Shown here piece by piece: positions 16,195-24,108 of a DNA stretch of 30,019 bases. The notes under the pieces are model-generated. The model ran no database searches. It was not told where the DNA came from and saw only the letters and a list, made by a program, of their open reading frames with translations. Position numbers and translations under genes: made by a program. This DNA is from Treponema sp. (GTDB taxonomy: Bacteria; Spirochaetota; Spirochaetia; Treponematales; Breznakiellaceae). The stretch spans positions 1-30,019 of the forward strand of contig JAITES010000058.1 in assembly GCA_031281925.1 (NCBI GenBank), given 5' to 3'. The stretch's first letter is position 1. The number at the start of each line of letters is the position of its first letter.

Positions 16195-18261
16195 CTACAA
16201 TAGATTCACCGGGTCTACGTCTACTTCCAGATAAACCCGGGAGTCCTTCTGTTTACTGTACACTTCCATAACCCTCCGGGCCAGCGCGTGCAGCGCCCCC
16301 ATGGCAGGCCCTCTCAAGAGAAACTGTTTGCGGTAATAGCCTCCCCGGAGGCTGATGGGGCACTCCGCAGGGCCCAGAACTTCGGCTCCCCTGGGCAGGG
16401 ACTGCATGGCCGTATGTGCGGCAAGACCGATGGCCTTTTCGGCGCGCTCTTCGTCCCTGGAACGGGCGGTAAACCTGATAAGCCGGGAATAAGGGGGGAA
16501 GCCCAGAAGCTTCCGCTGGGCAAGTTCGGCCTTAAAAAAGCCGTCCACATCCAGGGCGCAGGCCCGCAGTATTGCAGGATCCTTTGGCCGGAAAGTTTGA
16601 ACAATCACCTTGCCGTCGGGGAAATAACGGCCTGCCCTGCCGGAAACCTGTACCAGAAGTGAAAAAGTCCTCTCGGCGGCCCGGAAATCGGGGAGCTGGA
16701 GTCCTGTATCCGCAAGAATCACCCCCACAAGCCGTACTCCGGGAAAGTTAAGGCCCTTGGCAACCATCTGGGTGCCCAGCAGAATATCGAATGCCCCTGA
16801 GCGGAAGAGATCCAGGGTTTCTTCAAGGCTGCCCTTGCGGCTTGTGGTATCCGAATCGGCCCGGCGGATGCGGAGATCGGGAAAAGTCCGGCTCACCTCT
16901 TCCTCGATAAGTTCCGTACCGAAACCGGTAAAACCGGCCTCAAGAGAACCGCAGTTTGGGCAGGCCTGCGGGGGAACCTCCGAGTAGCCGCAGTAGTGGC
17001 ATATAGCCCTGCCCAGTTTCTTGTGCCAGGTAAGGCTTACCGAACAGTGTTTGCAGGAGAGTTCAAAGCCGCAGTGCCTGCAATGGTAGAAGTAGGCGAA
17101 GCCCCTCCTGTTGAGGAAGAGTATGCTCTGCCGGCCCATCCGGGCGGTTTTCCGTATCTCGTTTTTCAGTTCATCGCTCAGGCAGCCCTCGCTGTGTTCC
17201 AGGCTGACAGGGTATATTTCCGGAGGGCTGCCGCCCGAAAGCCTCCGGGTAAGATCCAGCCGCAGTATGGACGGGGATGCGCTCCTGCCTCCCTCAGGAC
17301 GCCGGGCATGGGGAACTTGAGCTGCAGGCGGCGGGGCTGCTTGATTGTACGGCTCCGCCTGCGGCCCTTTGCACATTATTTCCCAGGCTTCCGCAGAGGG
17401 GGTGGCGGAGCCCATCACGAGACGGGCGCCTTCGATCCTGGAACGGTGCATGGCTACCTGCCGTGCGTGATAGCGGGGGGTGTTTTCCGACTTGTAGGAG
17501 CCGTCGTGTTCTTCATCAATGATGATAAGAGAGAGATCCCTGATAGGCGCAAACACGGCGCTTCGCGGGCCCACCACAATCCGTACCTCACCCCGGCGTA
17601 TGCGCATCCATTCGGTAAAACGGGCCGCCGGGCTCATGCGGGAGTGGAAGGTGGCGGCAACGGAACCGAAACGCTGTCCTATGGCCTCCGCAGTCTGGTG
17701 CGTCAGGGAAATTTCCGGTACAAGGTATATTACGCCTTTGCCCTGCCTCATAAAGTATTCCGCGGAGCGGAGAAAGACCTCGGTTTTTCCCGAACCGGTG
17801 ATCCCGAAGAGGTAGAAGCTGGAGGCCGCCGGGTTTTCCTCCGTGATGGCTTCCATGGCTTTCCGCTGCTCTGCGGACATTTCCAAAGGAGCGGGGGGGA
17901 TCTCTTCTTCCCCGGCAAAGGCCGAATACGAGGCTTCCCGGCGGCCCGAGGGGATCATGGCGGAGAGCGCCTGGCCAAAGCCGCAGAGGTAGTAGCCGGC
18001 CACCCATTGAGCCAGGGCCATGTCCCGTTCATCAAAGATCGCTTCCTTGTCCACTACCCGGCGGATATCCTTGATCTCTTTTATGCCTTCGGGAGGGCTT
18101 TCCCGGCTTGCCGTGATGTAACCGGTACTTTCCCGCCGGCCCAGGGGTACGACAGCCCTCTTGCCTACAGCGGCTTCTCCTTTGGGATCTATATGGTAAC
18201 TGAAACGCAGATCGCCGGGGATATCAAAGACAATATCGAAGTAGGCCGGAGGAGCTTTCAA
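16195..18261 (-). CDS. priA: Primosomal protein N' (replication-restart helicase)
   Basis: N-terminal 3'-binding domain, GITGSGKT, IIIDEEH, LFLNRRG, Cys-rich CRHC..CKHC..CHYC..CPNC, GTQMVAKG and QVSGRAGR. TTG start overlaps the udg stop (TTGA). Confidence 0.97.
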   Translation of the reverse strand: MKAPPAYFDIVFDIPGDLRFSYHIDPKGEAAVGKRAVVPLGRRESTGYITASRESPPEGIKEIKDIRRVVDKEAIFDERDMALAQWVAGYYLCGFGQALSAMIPSGRREASYSAFAGEEEIPPAPLEMSAEQRKAMEAITEENPAASSFYLFGITGSGKTEVFLRSAEYFMRQGKGVIYLVPEISLTHQTAEAIGQRFGSVAATFHSRMSPAARFTEWMRIRRGEVRIVVGPRSAVFAPIRDLSLIIIDEEHDGSYKSENTPRYHARQVAMHRSRIEGARLVMGSATPSAEAWEIMCKGPQAEPYNQAAPPPAAQVPHARRPEGGRSASPSILRLDLTRRLSGGSPPEIYPVSLEHSEGCLSDELKNEIRKTARMGRQSILFLNRRGFAYFYHCRHCGFELSCKHCSVSLTWHKKLGRAICHYCGYSEVPPQACPNCGSLEAGFTGFGTELIEEEVSRTFPDLRIRRADSDTTSRKGSLEETLDLFRSGAFDILLGTQMVAKGLNFPGVRLVGVILADTGLQLPDFRAAERTFSLLVQVSGRAGRYFPDGKVIVQTFRPKDPAILRACALDVDGFFKAELAQRKLLGFPPYSRLIRFTARSRDEERAEKAIGLAAHTAMQSLPRGAEVLGPAECPISLRGGYYRKQFLLRGPAMGALHALARRVMEVYSKQKDSRVYLEVDVDPVNLL

Positions 18262-19130
18262 GAGAGAAATTCCTCTGCTCCGGCAGCAAAAACCGGATCT
18301 TTGGCGGCATATTTTGCCATAAGGGCCCTGGATTCCTGCCGGTATCCTTCATCCAGAGCGGCGAGACGGAGCATAAGTTTTTTAAGATCCTCAAAGACCG
18401 GTATTTTCAGACTGTCGTCCCGGAGCAGGGCGCTGGGATGGTAGGTTGCCAGGATCCGGATACCGGAATCCCCCGCCGAAGACAGAGGATAAGAATCCCC
18501 CCGGGAACCGGGAAAAGCGAAGTCGAAGAAACGCCCCCTCAGGCGGCCGATTGGTTCCGGAGGGGATTCTTCATCCCCGTTTTGCCCCGGCCCCGCATGG
18601 AGGAGACGGTTTGCGGCCACCTTGCCCACGGCAAGGATGAGGCGCGGCTTTAGGACTTCAATCTGACGGATAAGAAAGGGGGCGCAGGCGCGGATCTCCT
18701 GAAATTCCGGATCACGGTTGCCCGGAGGCCGGCACTTCACCGTATTGGCAATAAAGCAGTTTTTTTCCCTGAAGAGGCATATTGAGGCTAACATCCTGTC
18801 GAGCAGTTGGCCTGCGGGCCCCACAAACGGCCTCCCTGTGGCATCTTCCTCGGCCCCGGGGCCTTCTCCCAGCACCAGAACCAGGGGATGTTCGGAGCCT
18901 TCTCCGGGAACAGCCCTGTTTCTCGTTTTTCCCAGCCGGCAGCCGCTGCAGGACACTATCTCCGCCGCAATATCTGCCGCCGAACAGCCTGTTTTTTTGC
19001 CTGCGGCAGAAGAAGGCGCAGGATCATCACTAAAATGATAGTCGTACAGGGCGTTACGGTAACCGGATTTTAGTGCAGCGATACCCAGATCCAGAAACCG
19101 GGCTACCTTTATTTTTTGTTCCGCATTCAC
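18258..19130 (-). CDS. udg: Family-4 uracil-DNA glycosylase with [4Fe-4S] cluster
   Basis: CSGCRL, GEGPGAEED..GRPFVG.AG.LL, NTVKCRPPGNRDP and TYHPSALLR. Start placed at GTG 19130 (VNAEQK) rather than 19241. This is inferred: the extension covers the divergent promoter region. Confidence 0.9.
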   Translation of the reverse strand: MNAEQKIKVARFLDLGIAALKSGYRNALYDYHFSDDPAPSSAAGKKTGCSAADIAAEIVSCSGCRLGKTRNRAVPGEGSEHPLVLVLGEGPGAEEDATGRPFVGPAGQLLDRMLASICLFREKNCFIANTVKCRPPGNRDPEFQEIRACAPFLIRQIEVLKPRLILAVGKVAANRLLHAGPGQNGDEESPPEPIGRLRGRFFDFAFPGSRGDSYPLSSAGDSGIRILATYHPSALLRDDSLKIPVFEDLKKLMLRLAALDEGYRQESRALMAKYAAKDPVFAAGAEEFLS

Positions 19131-19136
19131 ATGCTC

Positions 19137-19165
19137 ATTCAACCGAAGAGTTTCCGCAATGGCAA
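19137..19165 (-). promoter_or_regulatory. Weak candidate promoter for udg-priA
   Basis: On the minus strand: TTGCCA, 17 nt, TTGAAT, 6 nt, then GTG 19130. The -10 lacks the usually conserved A at its second position. Confidence 0.3.
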
Positions 19166-19244
19166 GCCCTTTGCCAAGGACACCCTTCTCAAGGGGCGCC
19201 ATCGGCACAGGTCGCCGAACAGGGCATCGTGATGAGGCCATCTA

Positions 19245-19272
19245 TTGACAAAGCCCCCCTCCATGATAAATT
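19245..19272 (+). promoter_or_regulatory. Candidate sigma70 promoter for the PAP2 / Rnf-like operon
   Basis: Perfect TTGACA (19245-19250), 16-nt spacer, TGn-TAAATT (19267-19272). ATG 19282 follows 9 nt later with no Shine-Dalgarno. Confidence 0.6.
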
Positions 19273-19281
19273 CTGTATCTA

Positions 19282-19770
19282 ATGTCTTTCCCTATGACCA
19301 TACGAGCGGCTTCGATTAAATCTTTTTTTGAGAACCCCGTCTTTCTGTCCGCCGTTACAAGCTGGTTTAGCGCCCAGCTGATGAAAGCGGTGGTCATTCT
19401 GTTGCGTTCACGGCACCGGAAGCCCAGGGAAATACTGGCGATAATCATCTGGCGTACCGGCGGCATGCCTTCCAGCCACGCTGCGCTTGTCGTTTCCATG
19501 GCTACGGCGGTGGCTTTTGCCGAGGGAATAAATTCCAATCTCTTTGTAGTTTCCGTGTTTTTTGCCCTGGTTGTCATGAGGGACGCCATGGGTGTACGCC
19601 GTTCTTCCGGTCTGCAGGGCAGGGTATTGAATTCCCTGGGGCGGCAGACCGCGGAGAAACTGGGTATTGAATTCCATTCCATCAAAGAAGTTCTGGGCCA
19701 TGCTCCCCTGGAAGTTGTTGTCGGCGGCCTTTTCGGGTTTTTTATCGCAGCAGCCTTTGCCTTGCTCTAG
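19282..19770 (+). CDS. Divergent PAP2-family membrane protein (DUF212 / YuiD-like)
   Basis: TGGMPSSHAA, VMRDAMGVRR..G.Q and LGHAPLEV..G motifs. Confidence 0.9.
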   Translation: MSFPMTIRAASIKSFFENPVFLSAVTSWFSAQLMKAVVILLRSRHRKPREILAIIIWRTGGMPSSHAALVVSMATAVAFAEGINSNLFVVSVFFALVVMRDAMGVRRSSGLQGRVLNSLGRQTAEKLGIEFHSIKEVLGHAPLEVVVGGLFGFFIAAAFALL

Positions 19771-19782
19771 GATTCATCCGGC

Positions 19783-21249
19783 ATGCCCCTTCGTCTGTTA
19801 ACATTAAAAATCGGCTCGAATGTGAAACGAAGTTTTATGCAGGGCCTCCTGTTGACAGGCGTCTCCCTCCTTTCGGGGCTTCTCTCCCTGTTTCTGATTT
19901 TGAAGCTCTATACAGCGCCGGTTTCGGCTTCCTGGGCCGTCGTCACGGTGGATCAGGCGCTGCCGGACAGGGAAACCGCAGAGGCTCTCTCTTCCCTCGG
20001 CCCGGGCATCATAAGCGAATCCACCCAGTGGGTTTTCCTGGATAATTTTGGGAGTCTTGAACGTGTCAACCTTGAGGAACTGCCCGGACGCCTTGAAAGT
20101 TTTGATCCCCGGAGGGATCCCTATGCGGAAAAGCTCCATGATTTTTTTGTTCGGGACGGAATGCGCTACTTCTTCATCCCCCTGGAAAGGAGTCTTTCGC
20201 CCTGGGCCATGAGAGGTTTTGAAAAGAAGATTGCCCTGTGCCTGGCGGGAATTCCCTTCCGTGTGTCCTATACCGGCGCTTCCCGGCCCCTTCTTCTCTA
20301 TGCCCTTGTCTTTGCAGCTGCCGCCCTGGCAGGCCTTTTTTTTTCAGGCTCTCCGCTCTGTTTTTTGTTCCTCCTGCCCCTGCTTCCCTCCCTTGCCCTG
20401 GAAGGCCCTGCCGGGCTCTCCGCCTGCGCCTTCCTTTCAGGTTCTGCGGCCTTCCTGCTTGAACCACTGCGGGAGATTTTTGTATCCCGCCGTTATCAAA
20501 ATCATTTTTCCGTCCTGGAGATAATCAAGGATAACCGCTTTCACTGGCTCTTTTCCCTGCTTTTCCTCATACCGGCCCTGGCAATCATCCTTGTGTATCT
20601 TTCGCCGCTTGTTATTCCGGCAGTACCCCTGTTTTATTTTTTGTGGATTCAGGCTCTGCGTCTTGAATCCTGCCGCGGCATGAACGTGTCCCATGTCCGT
20701 TTTATTCCGGTAAGCATTCTTCCCTTTCCCGGGAGGGGAAGTTTTGCCCGCAGTTCCCTTCGGAACATGTTCCACCGGCGTCTCGCCTTTCCCCGTGCCG
20801 GCCTTCCCTTTGCCCTGGCGGCGATCTTTGCCTTTCTGTTCCTCCTTTCGGGCGTCAGGCTGGGAGAACCGGCTTCCCTTCTCGCCGAGGGGGGCTTGAG
20901 CGAAGAGGATTATAAGGCTCATGTCCTCTTTCAGTCTTCTTTTTCATATAGATCTCTCTGGGAAACAGAAGAATTTTTCCCGATGAATCACTATACTTTA
21001 GGAGAAGACGGGCTCATTGCCGGCATGATTAACGAAAATATCGCTGTTCCGGCGATTCCCCCCTTCCCTCTAAAAAACCTGTTGGAAGGTTTGTCCGGCC
21101 CGGTGAGCAAAGAGGATCTCCGTTCCCTTCCTGTCGTTTGCCTTGCCCTGCTGTGTTCCCTGCCGGGTTTTATTTTTTCTCCGGGATTCCGGAGGGGTGG
21201 AAGAAAGAGAAAGATGGTATCATACGATGAAAAATGGATAGCCGCATGA
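19783..21249 (+). CDS. Unknown polytopic membrane protein
   Basis: Intact 488-aa ORF with an N-terminal anchor, a soluble domain, a central bundle of hydrophobic segments, a second soluble domain, a final TM and a basic tail. Its stop overlaps the rnfC start (ATGA). The start could also be GTG 19822 or ATG 19837. Confidence 0.75.
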   Translation: MPLRLLTLKIGSNVKRSFMQGLLLTGVSLLSGLLSLFLILKLYTAPVSASWAVVTVDQALPDRETAEALSSLGPGIISESTQWVFLDNFGSLERVNLEELPGRLESFDPRRDPYAEKLHDFFVRDGMRYFFIPLERSLSPWAMRGFEKKIALCLAGIPFRVSYTGASRPLLLYALVFAAAALAGLFFSGSPLCFLFLLPLLPSLALEGPAGLSACAFLSGSAAFLLEPLREIFVSRRYQNHFSVLEIIKDNRFHWLFSLLFLIPALAIILVYLSPLVIPAVPLFYFLWIQALRLESCRGMNVSHVRFIPVSILPFPGRGSFARSSLRNMFHRRLAFPRAGLPFALAAIFAFLFLLSGVRLGEPASLLAEGGLSEEDYKAHVLFQSSFSYRSLWETEEFFPMNHYTLGEDGLIAGMINENIAVPAIPPFPLKNLLEGLSGPVSKEDLRSLPVVCLALLCSLPGFIFSPGFRRGGRKRKMVSYDEKWIAA

Positions 21250-22547
21250 AAGTTTACTCCTTCCCGCGGGGCGGTATCACGATAAACGATCCGGCGGTCC
21301 CGCAGAATAGTTCCAGTGTGGTAGCTTTTTTACCCGCCATCTCGGTTATCCCCATGGTGCAGCATCCGGGCGGCCGGGCCTATCCCATCGTTTCCGTGGG
21401 GGATCTGGTCCGGGAAGGCATGCTTATCGGCAGGGGGCAGGGGCCCCTTTCCGCCAATGTCCATGCCTCCGTACCGGGCCGGGTGATCAGAATGGTATCC
21501 TGGAAAGCAGCCGGCGGTCAGAACAACGATGCGCTGATAATCCGTATGGAAGGGAGTTTTGAGAAGCTGGGCAAGAGAGAGGAATTCTTCCCCTGGCTCG
21601 GCATGTCAGCCTTCGATCTCCACCGGACTATTGCGGAATTCGGCATTGTAGAAATGGAAGGCTCAGGCCGCCCCGTTGCGGATATGCTCAATTCATTGAG
21701 GAATCAACAGGGGACTATCAGCCTGGTAGTCCGCTGTGTTTTTGATGATCCCTGGCTGGCGGCCGACCGTCTGCTCTGCAGGGAACGTACCCAGGCTATT
21801 GCCGAAGGGGCTCATATCATGTGCCGGGCGGGGAGGATGGGCAGGATTGTCTTTGCCCTGTCCCAGGGAGAAACCGAATTGGGCAGCCGGCTCATGGAGG
21901 AAGCTTCCCGCTGGGATATTCCTGTCTCCCTGGTGTATACAGGCTCCCGTTACCCCCAGCGGAATCAGAGGGAACTGGAACTGGTGCTCCGCTCTTTCGG
22001 TAAAAAAGAAAATGTTGAACTGGGCGCCCTTCTCATGCTGGGGCCCGCCACTCTGGCCGCAATCCATGACGCTGTGGCATACAGAAAGCCCATCCTTGAC
22101 CGCTATGTAGCCGTGGGAGGCTCCGCGGTACGCAAGCCCCAGGTGATGAAGGTACGGATCGGTACCAGAATAGGCGAAATTTTTGCCGAATGCGGCGGTT
22201 TTGTAGACAAGCCCAGGAAGATAGCAAGCGGTTCTCCCGTATTGGGAAGGGCGGTGGTTGATCTGGATGAACCGGTAATAAAAACCAGTTACGCGGTTTT
22301 TGCCCTTCTGGAAGCCCAGGCCCAGCCCCGGCGGAACTGCATAAGCTGCGGCGAGTGCCGGACGGTGTGTCCTGTCGGCCTCGATCCCGAAGAACTCTAT
22401 AAAAACGCCAGGGCGGCAGGACGAAACGGAACTGCCTCCAGGAAACCCGGAATTTCCGGCAATGACAGCTGTCATGGCTGCGGCTGCTGCGATGTGGTAT
22501 GCCCTTCCCGTTTGGCCCTGTCTCAGACTATTCTGGGGATGGCGTAA
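21246..22547 (+). CDS. rnfC: RnfC-like subunit with degenerate NADH/FMN-binding motifs and two intact [4Fe-4S] motifs
   Basis: SFPRGGI N-terminus, GGRAYP.V..GD.V.EG..IG, SANVHASV.G.V, RYPQ, SLBB-like VRIGT.I.E...ECGG, CISCGECRTVCP and CHGCGCCDVVCPS. Start ATG 21246 overlaps the upstream stop. Confidence 0.85.
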   Translation: MKVYSFPRGGITINDPAVPQNSSSVVAFLPAISVIPMVQHPGGRAYPIVSVGDLVREGMLIGRGQGPLSANVHASVPGRVIRMVSWKAAGGQNNDALIIRMEGSFEKLGKREEFFPWLGMSAFDLHRTIAEFGIVEMEGSGRPVADMLNSLRNQQGTISLVVRCVFDDPWLAADRLLCRERTQAIAEGAHIMCRAGRMGRIVFALSQGETELGSRLMEEASRWDIPVSLVYTGSRYPQRNQRELELVLRSFGKKENVELGALLMLGPATLAAIHDAVAYRKPILDRYVAVGGSAVRKPQVMKVRIGTRIGEIFAECGGFVDKPRKIASGSPVLGRAVVDLDEPVIKTSYAVFALLEAQAQPRRNCISCGECRTVCPVGLDPEELYKNARAAGRNGTASRKPGISGNDSCHGCGCCDVVCPSRLALSQTILGMA

Positions 22548-22549
22548 AT

Positions 22550-23641
22550 ATGGCTGCGGAAACATGGAAACAGGAAAAACGAATAAACCTCTCTCCCCAG
22601 GTGAATTTTGCCCGCTCTACCACCAGCAGGATGGTTCTGGTGGCTTGCTGCGCCCTTATGGCAATCATTCAGTCTGCCATTTCGGATGGAGGCGCTTCAC
22701 TGTTCGTGGCCTTCTCTGCCCTTGCCGGAGCGGTGCTTACGGAACTTCTTGTCACCTGGCGCCGGGACGGATACAGGACGCTTCTTGACGGGAGTGCCGT
22801 GGTTTCGGCCCTGGTATTGACATTGCTTCTGCCCAACCGGATCAATCTCTTCTGCGCCTTCTTTGCGGCTGTCTTTGCCATGGCGGTGATAAAGCACAGT
22901 TTCGGCGGTCTCGGTTCCAACTGGGTAAATCCTGCCCTCGGCGGCTGGCTGTTCATGCGAATCTCCTTTCCCCAGGCCTTTGAAAAGGCGCTGGAAGGTT
23001 CAAGCCTCTCGATCCTTTTCCGGAGCCTGGCTTCCGGTTTCAGCAATCCCCAGGGCTCTCCTCTGGCAATCCTCAAAATTTCGGGAACATGGCAGTACAG
23101 TGCAGGCAGTTCTCTTGATCAGACTTTCAGGAATTTTCTCAATTCTACGATTTTTGCGATACCCGGAGCGGAACTGCCCGCCGGTTATATAGACCTTTTC
23201 AATTCCAGATCTCCGGGGATCATTGCGGATCGGGGAATTCTCGGCCTGCTTGTGGGCAGCATCCTGATATGCGCCTCTCAGGTGAACCGGGCCTGGATAT
23301 CGGCTCTTTTCCTCCTGGTGTACGGTTTTCTTGTCCGTACTTTCGGCGCTCTGCCCTTTGGCGGGGCGGCAGGGCAGGGGGATGTGCTTTTCTCCTTCCT
23401 CAGCGGAGGCACCCTTGTGGCGGCCTTTCTGCTGATCACCGATCCTGCCACCGGGGCAAAGTCCAATACGGGAATCATTGTTCTTACGGTATTGGGGGCC
23501 ATCTTTACCTTTATCTTCCGGGAGCAGGGGAGAGAGATGTACGGCGCCTTCTTTGCCACGGCCCTGATCAATGCTCTTCTGCCCCTGTTCCGCTACACCG
23601 AACGCTGTTTTCTTTTTAACCTGGGGAAGAGGAGAGGGTGA
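22550..23641 (+). CDS. rnfD: RnfD-like membrane subunit
   Basis: SPQV....STTSRM, DGSAVVSAL.L.LLLP, KH.FGGLG.N..NPAL.G, LITDPAT and GAFFA.AL.N...PL. No [S/T]GA[S/T] FMNylation motif. Confidence 0.85.
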   Translation: MAAETWKQEKRINLSPQVNFARSTTSRMVLVACCALMAIIQSAISDGGASLFVAFSALAGAVLTELLVTWRRDGYRTLLDGSAVVSALVLTLLLPNRINLFCAFFAAVFAMAVIKHSFGGLGSNWVNPALGGWLFMRISFPQAFEKALEGSSLSILFRSLASGFSNPQGSPLAILKISGTWQYSAGSSLDQTFRNFLNSTIFAIPGAELPAGYIDLFNSRSPGIIADRGILGLLVGSILICASQVNRAWISALFLLVYGFLVRTFGALPFGGAAGQGDVLFSFLSGGTLVAAFLLITDPATGAKSNTGIIVLTVLGAIFTFIFREQGREMYGAFFATALINALLPLFRYTERCFLFNLGKRRG

Positions 23642-24108
23642 TGTCGGCAAGGGCAAAAAAAAGTTTTAATCCGTTTCAGGATACCCTGATCCTGACCGGC
23701 TGGCTGGCCGGCCTCCTTTTGCTTGCAAGCCTTATATGGCTTTTGTCCGGCTCTTTAAGGGAAGGAATTTTGTTGAAACGAATAAACCGCCTGCTCAAGA
23801 CCCAGGGTTATTCCTGGGTACTCTCATCCCCGATTCCTTCGCGGCCTGCCGCCGGGGGGATACAGGTTCTGGGAAGCTGGTACAGGATCTCAAGTCCCGA
23901 TCAGGATGCTTCCGCATGTGTGTTTCCCCTTTTCACCGACGGAATCGGCGTACTCTGCCTTGCCCGGCTCAACCGGGATGCAAAAGTGGAGGAACTTGTG
24001 GCCCTTACCGTTCATGGTGAAAAAGTATTTTCCCGTATCCCGGAGGCGCAGAAAGATATCTACAGGAGACGTATCGAAAGAGCCAATCCGGAAAAGGCAT
24101 CGCCGTGA
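23638..24108 (+). CDS. RnfG-position protein: single TM plus short soluble domain, lacking the FMN-Thr motif
   Basis: Lies between rnfD and rnfE with GTGA overlaps on both sides. DGIGVLCLARLNRD..V..LVAL..HGE resembles the RnfG GY.G.I...VG...G.I.GV....H.ET segment. It ends before any SGAT-like site. Confidence 0.65.
   Translation: MMSARAKKSFNPFQDTLILTGWLAGLLLLASLIWLLSGSLREGILLKRINRLLKTQGYSWVLSSPIPSRPAAGGIQVLGSWYRISSPDQDASACVFPLFTDGIGVLCLARLNRDAKVEELVALTVHGEKVFSRIPEAQKDIYRRRIERANPEKASP

Noticed and set aside
16996-18444. 482-aa plus-strand ORF
   Set aside because: Antisense shadow of priA and udg; no motif, no Shine-Dalgarno or promoter support.
19131-19241. N-terminal extension of UDG given by the ORF track (similarly the extended starts at 913, 2875, 6214, 11590, 12757, 14285, 21234 and 22499)
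   Set aside because: These extensions overlap promoters or neighbouring genes, and downstream starts have better Shine-Dalgarno, promoter or overlap support.
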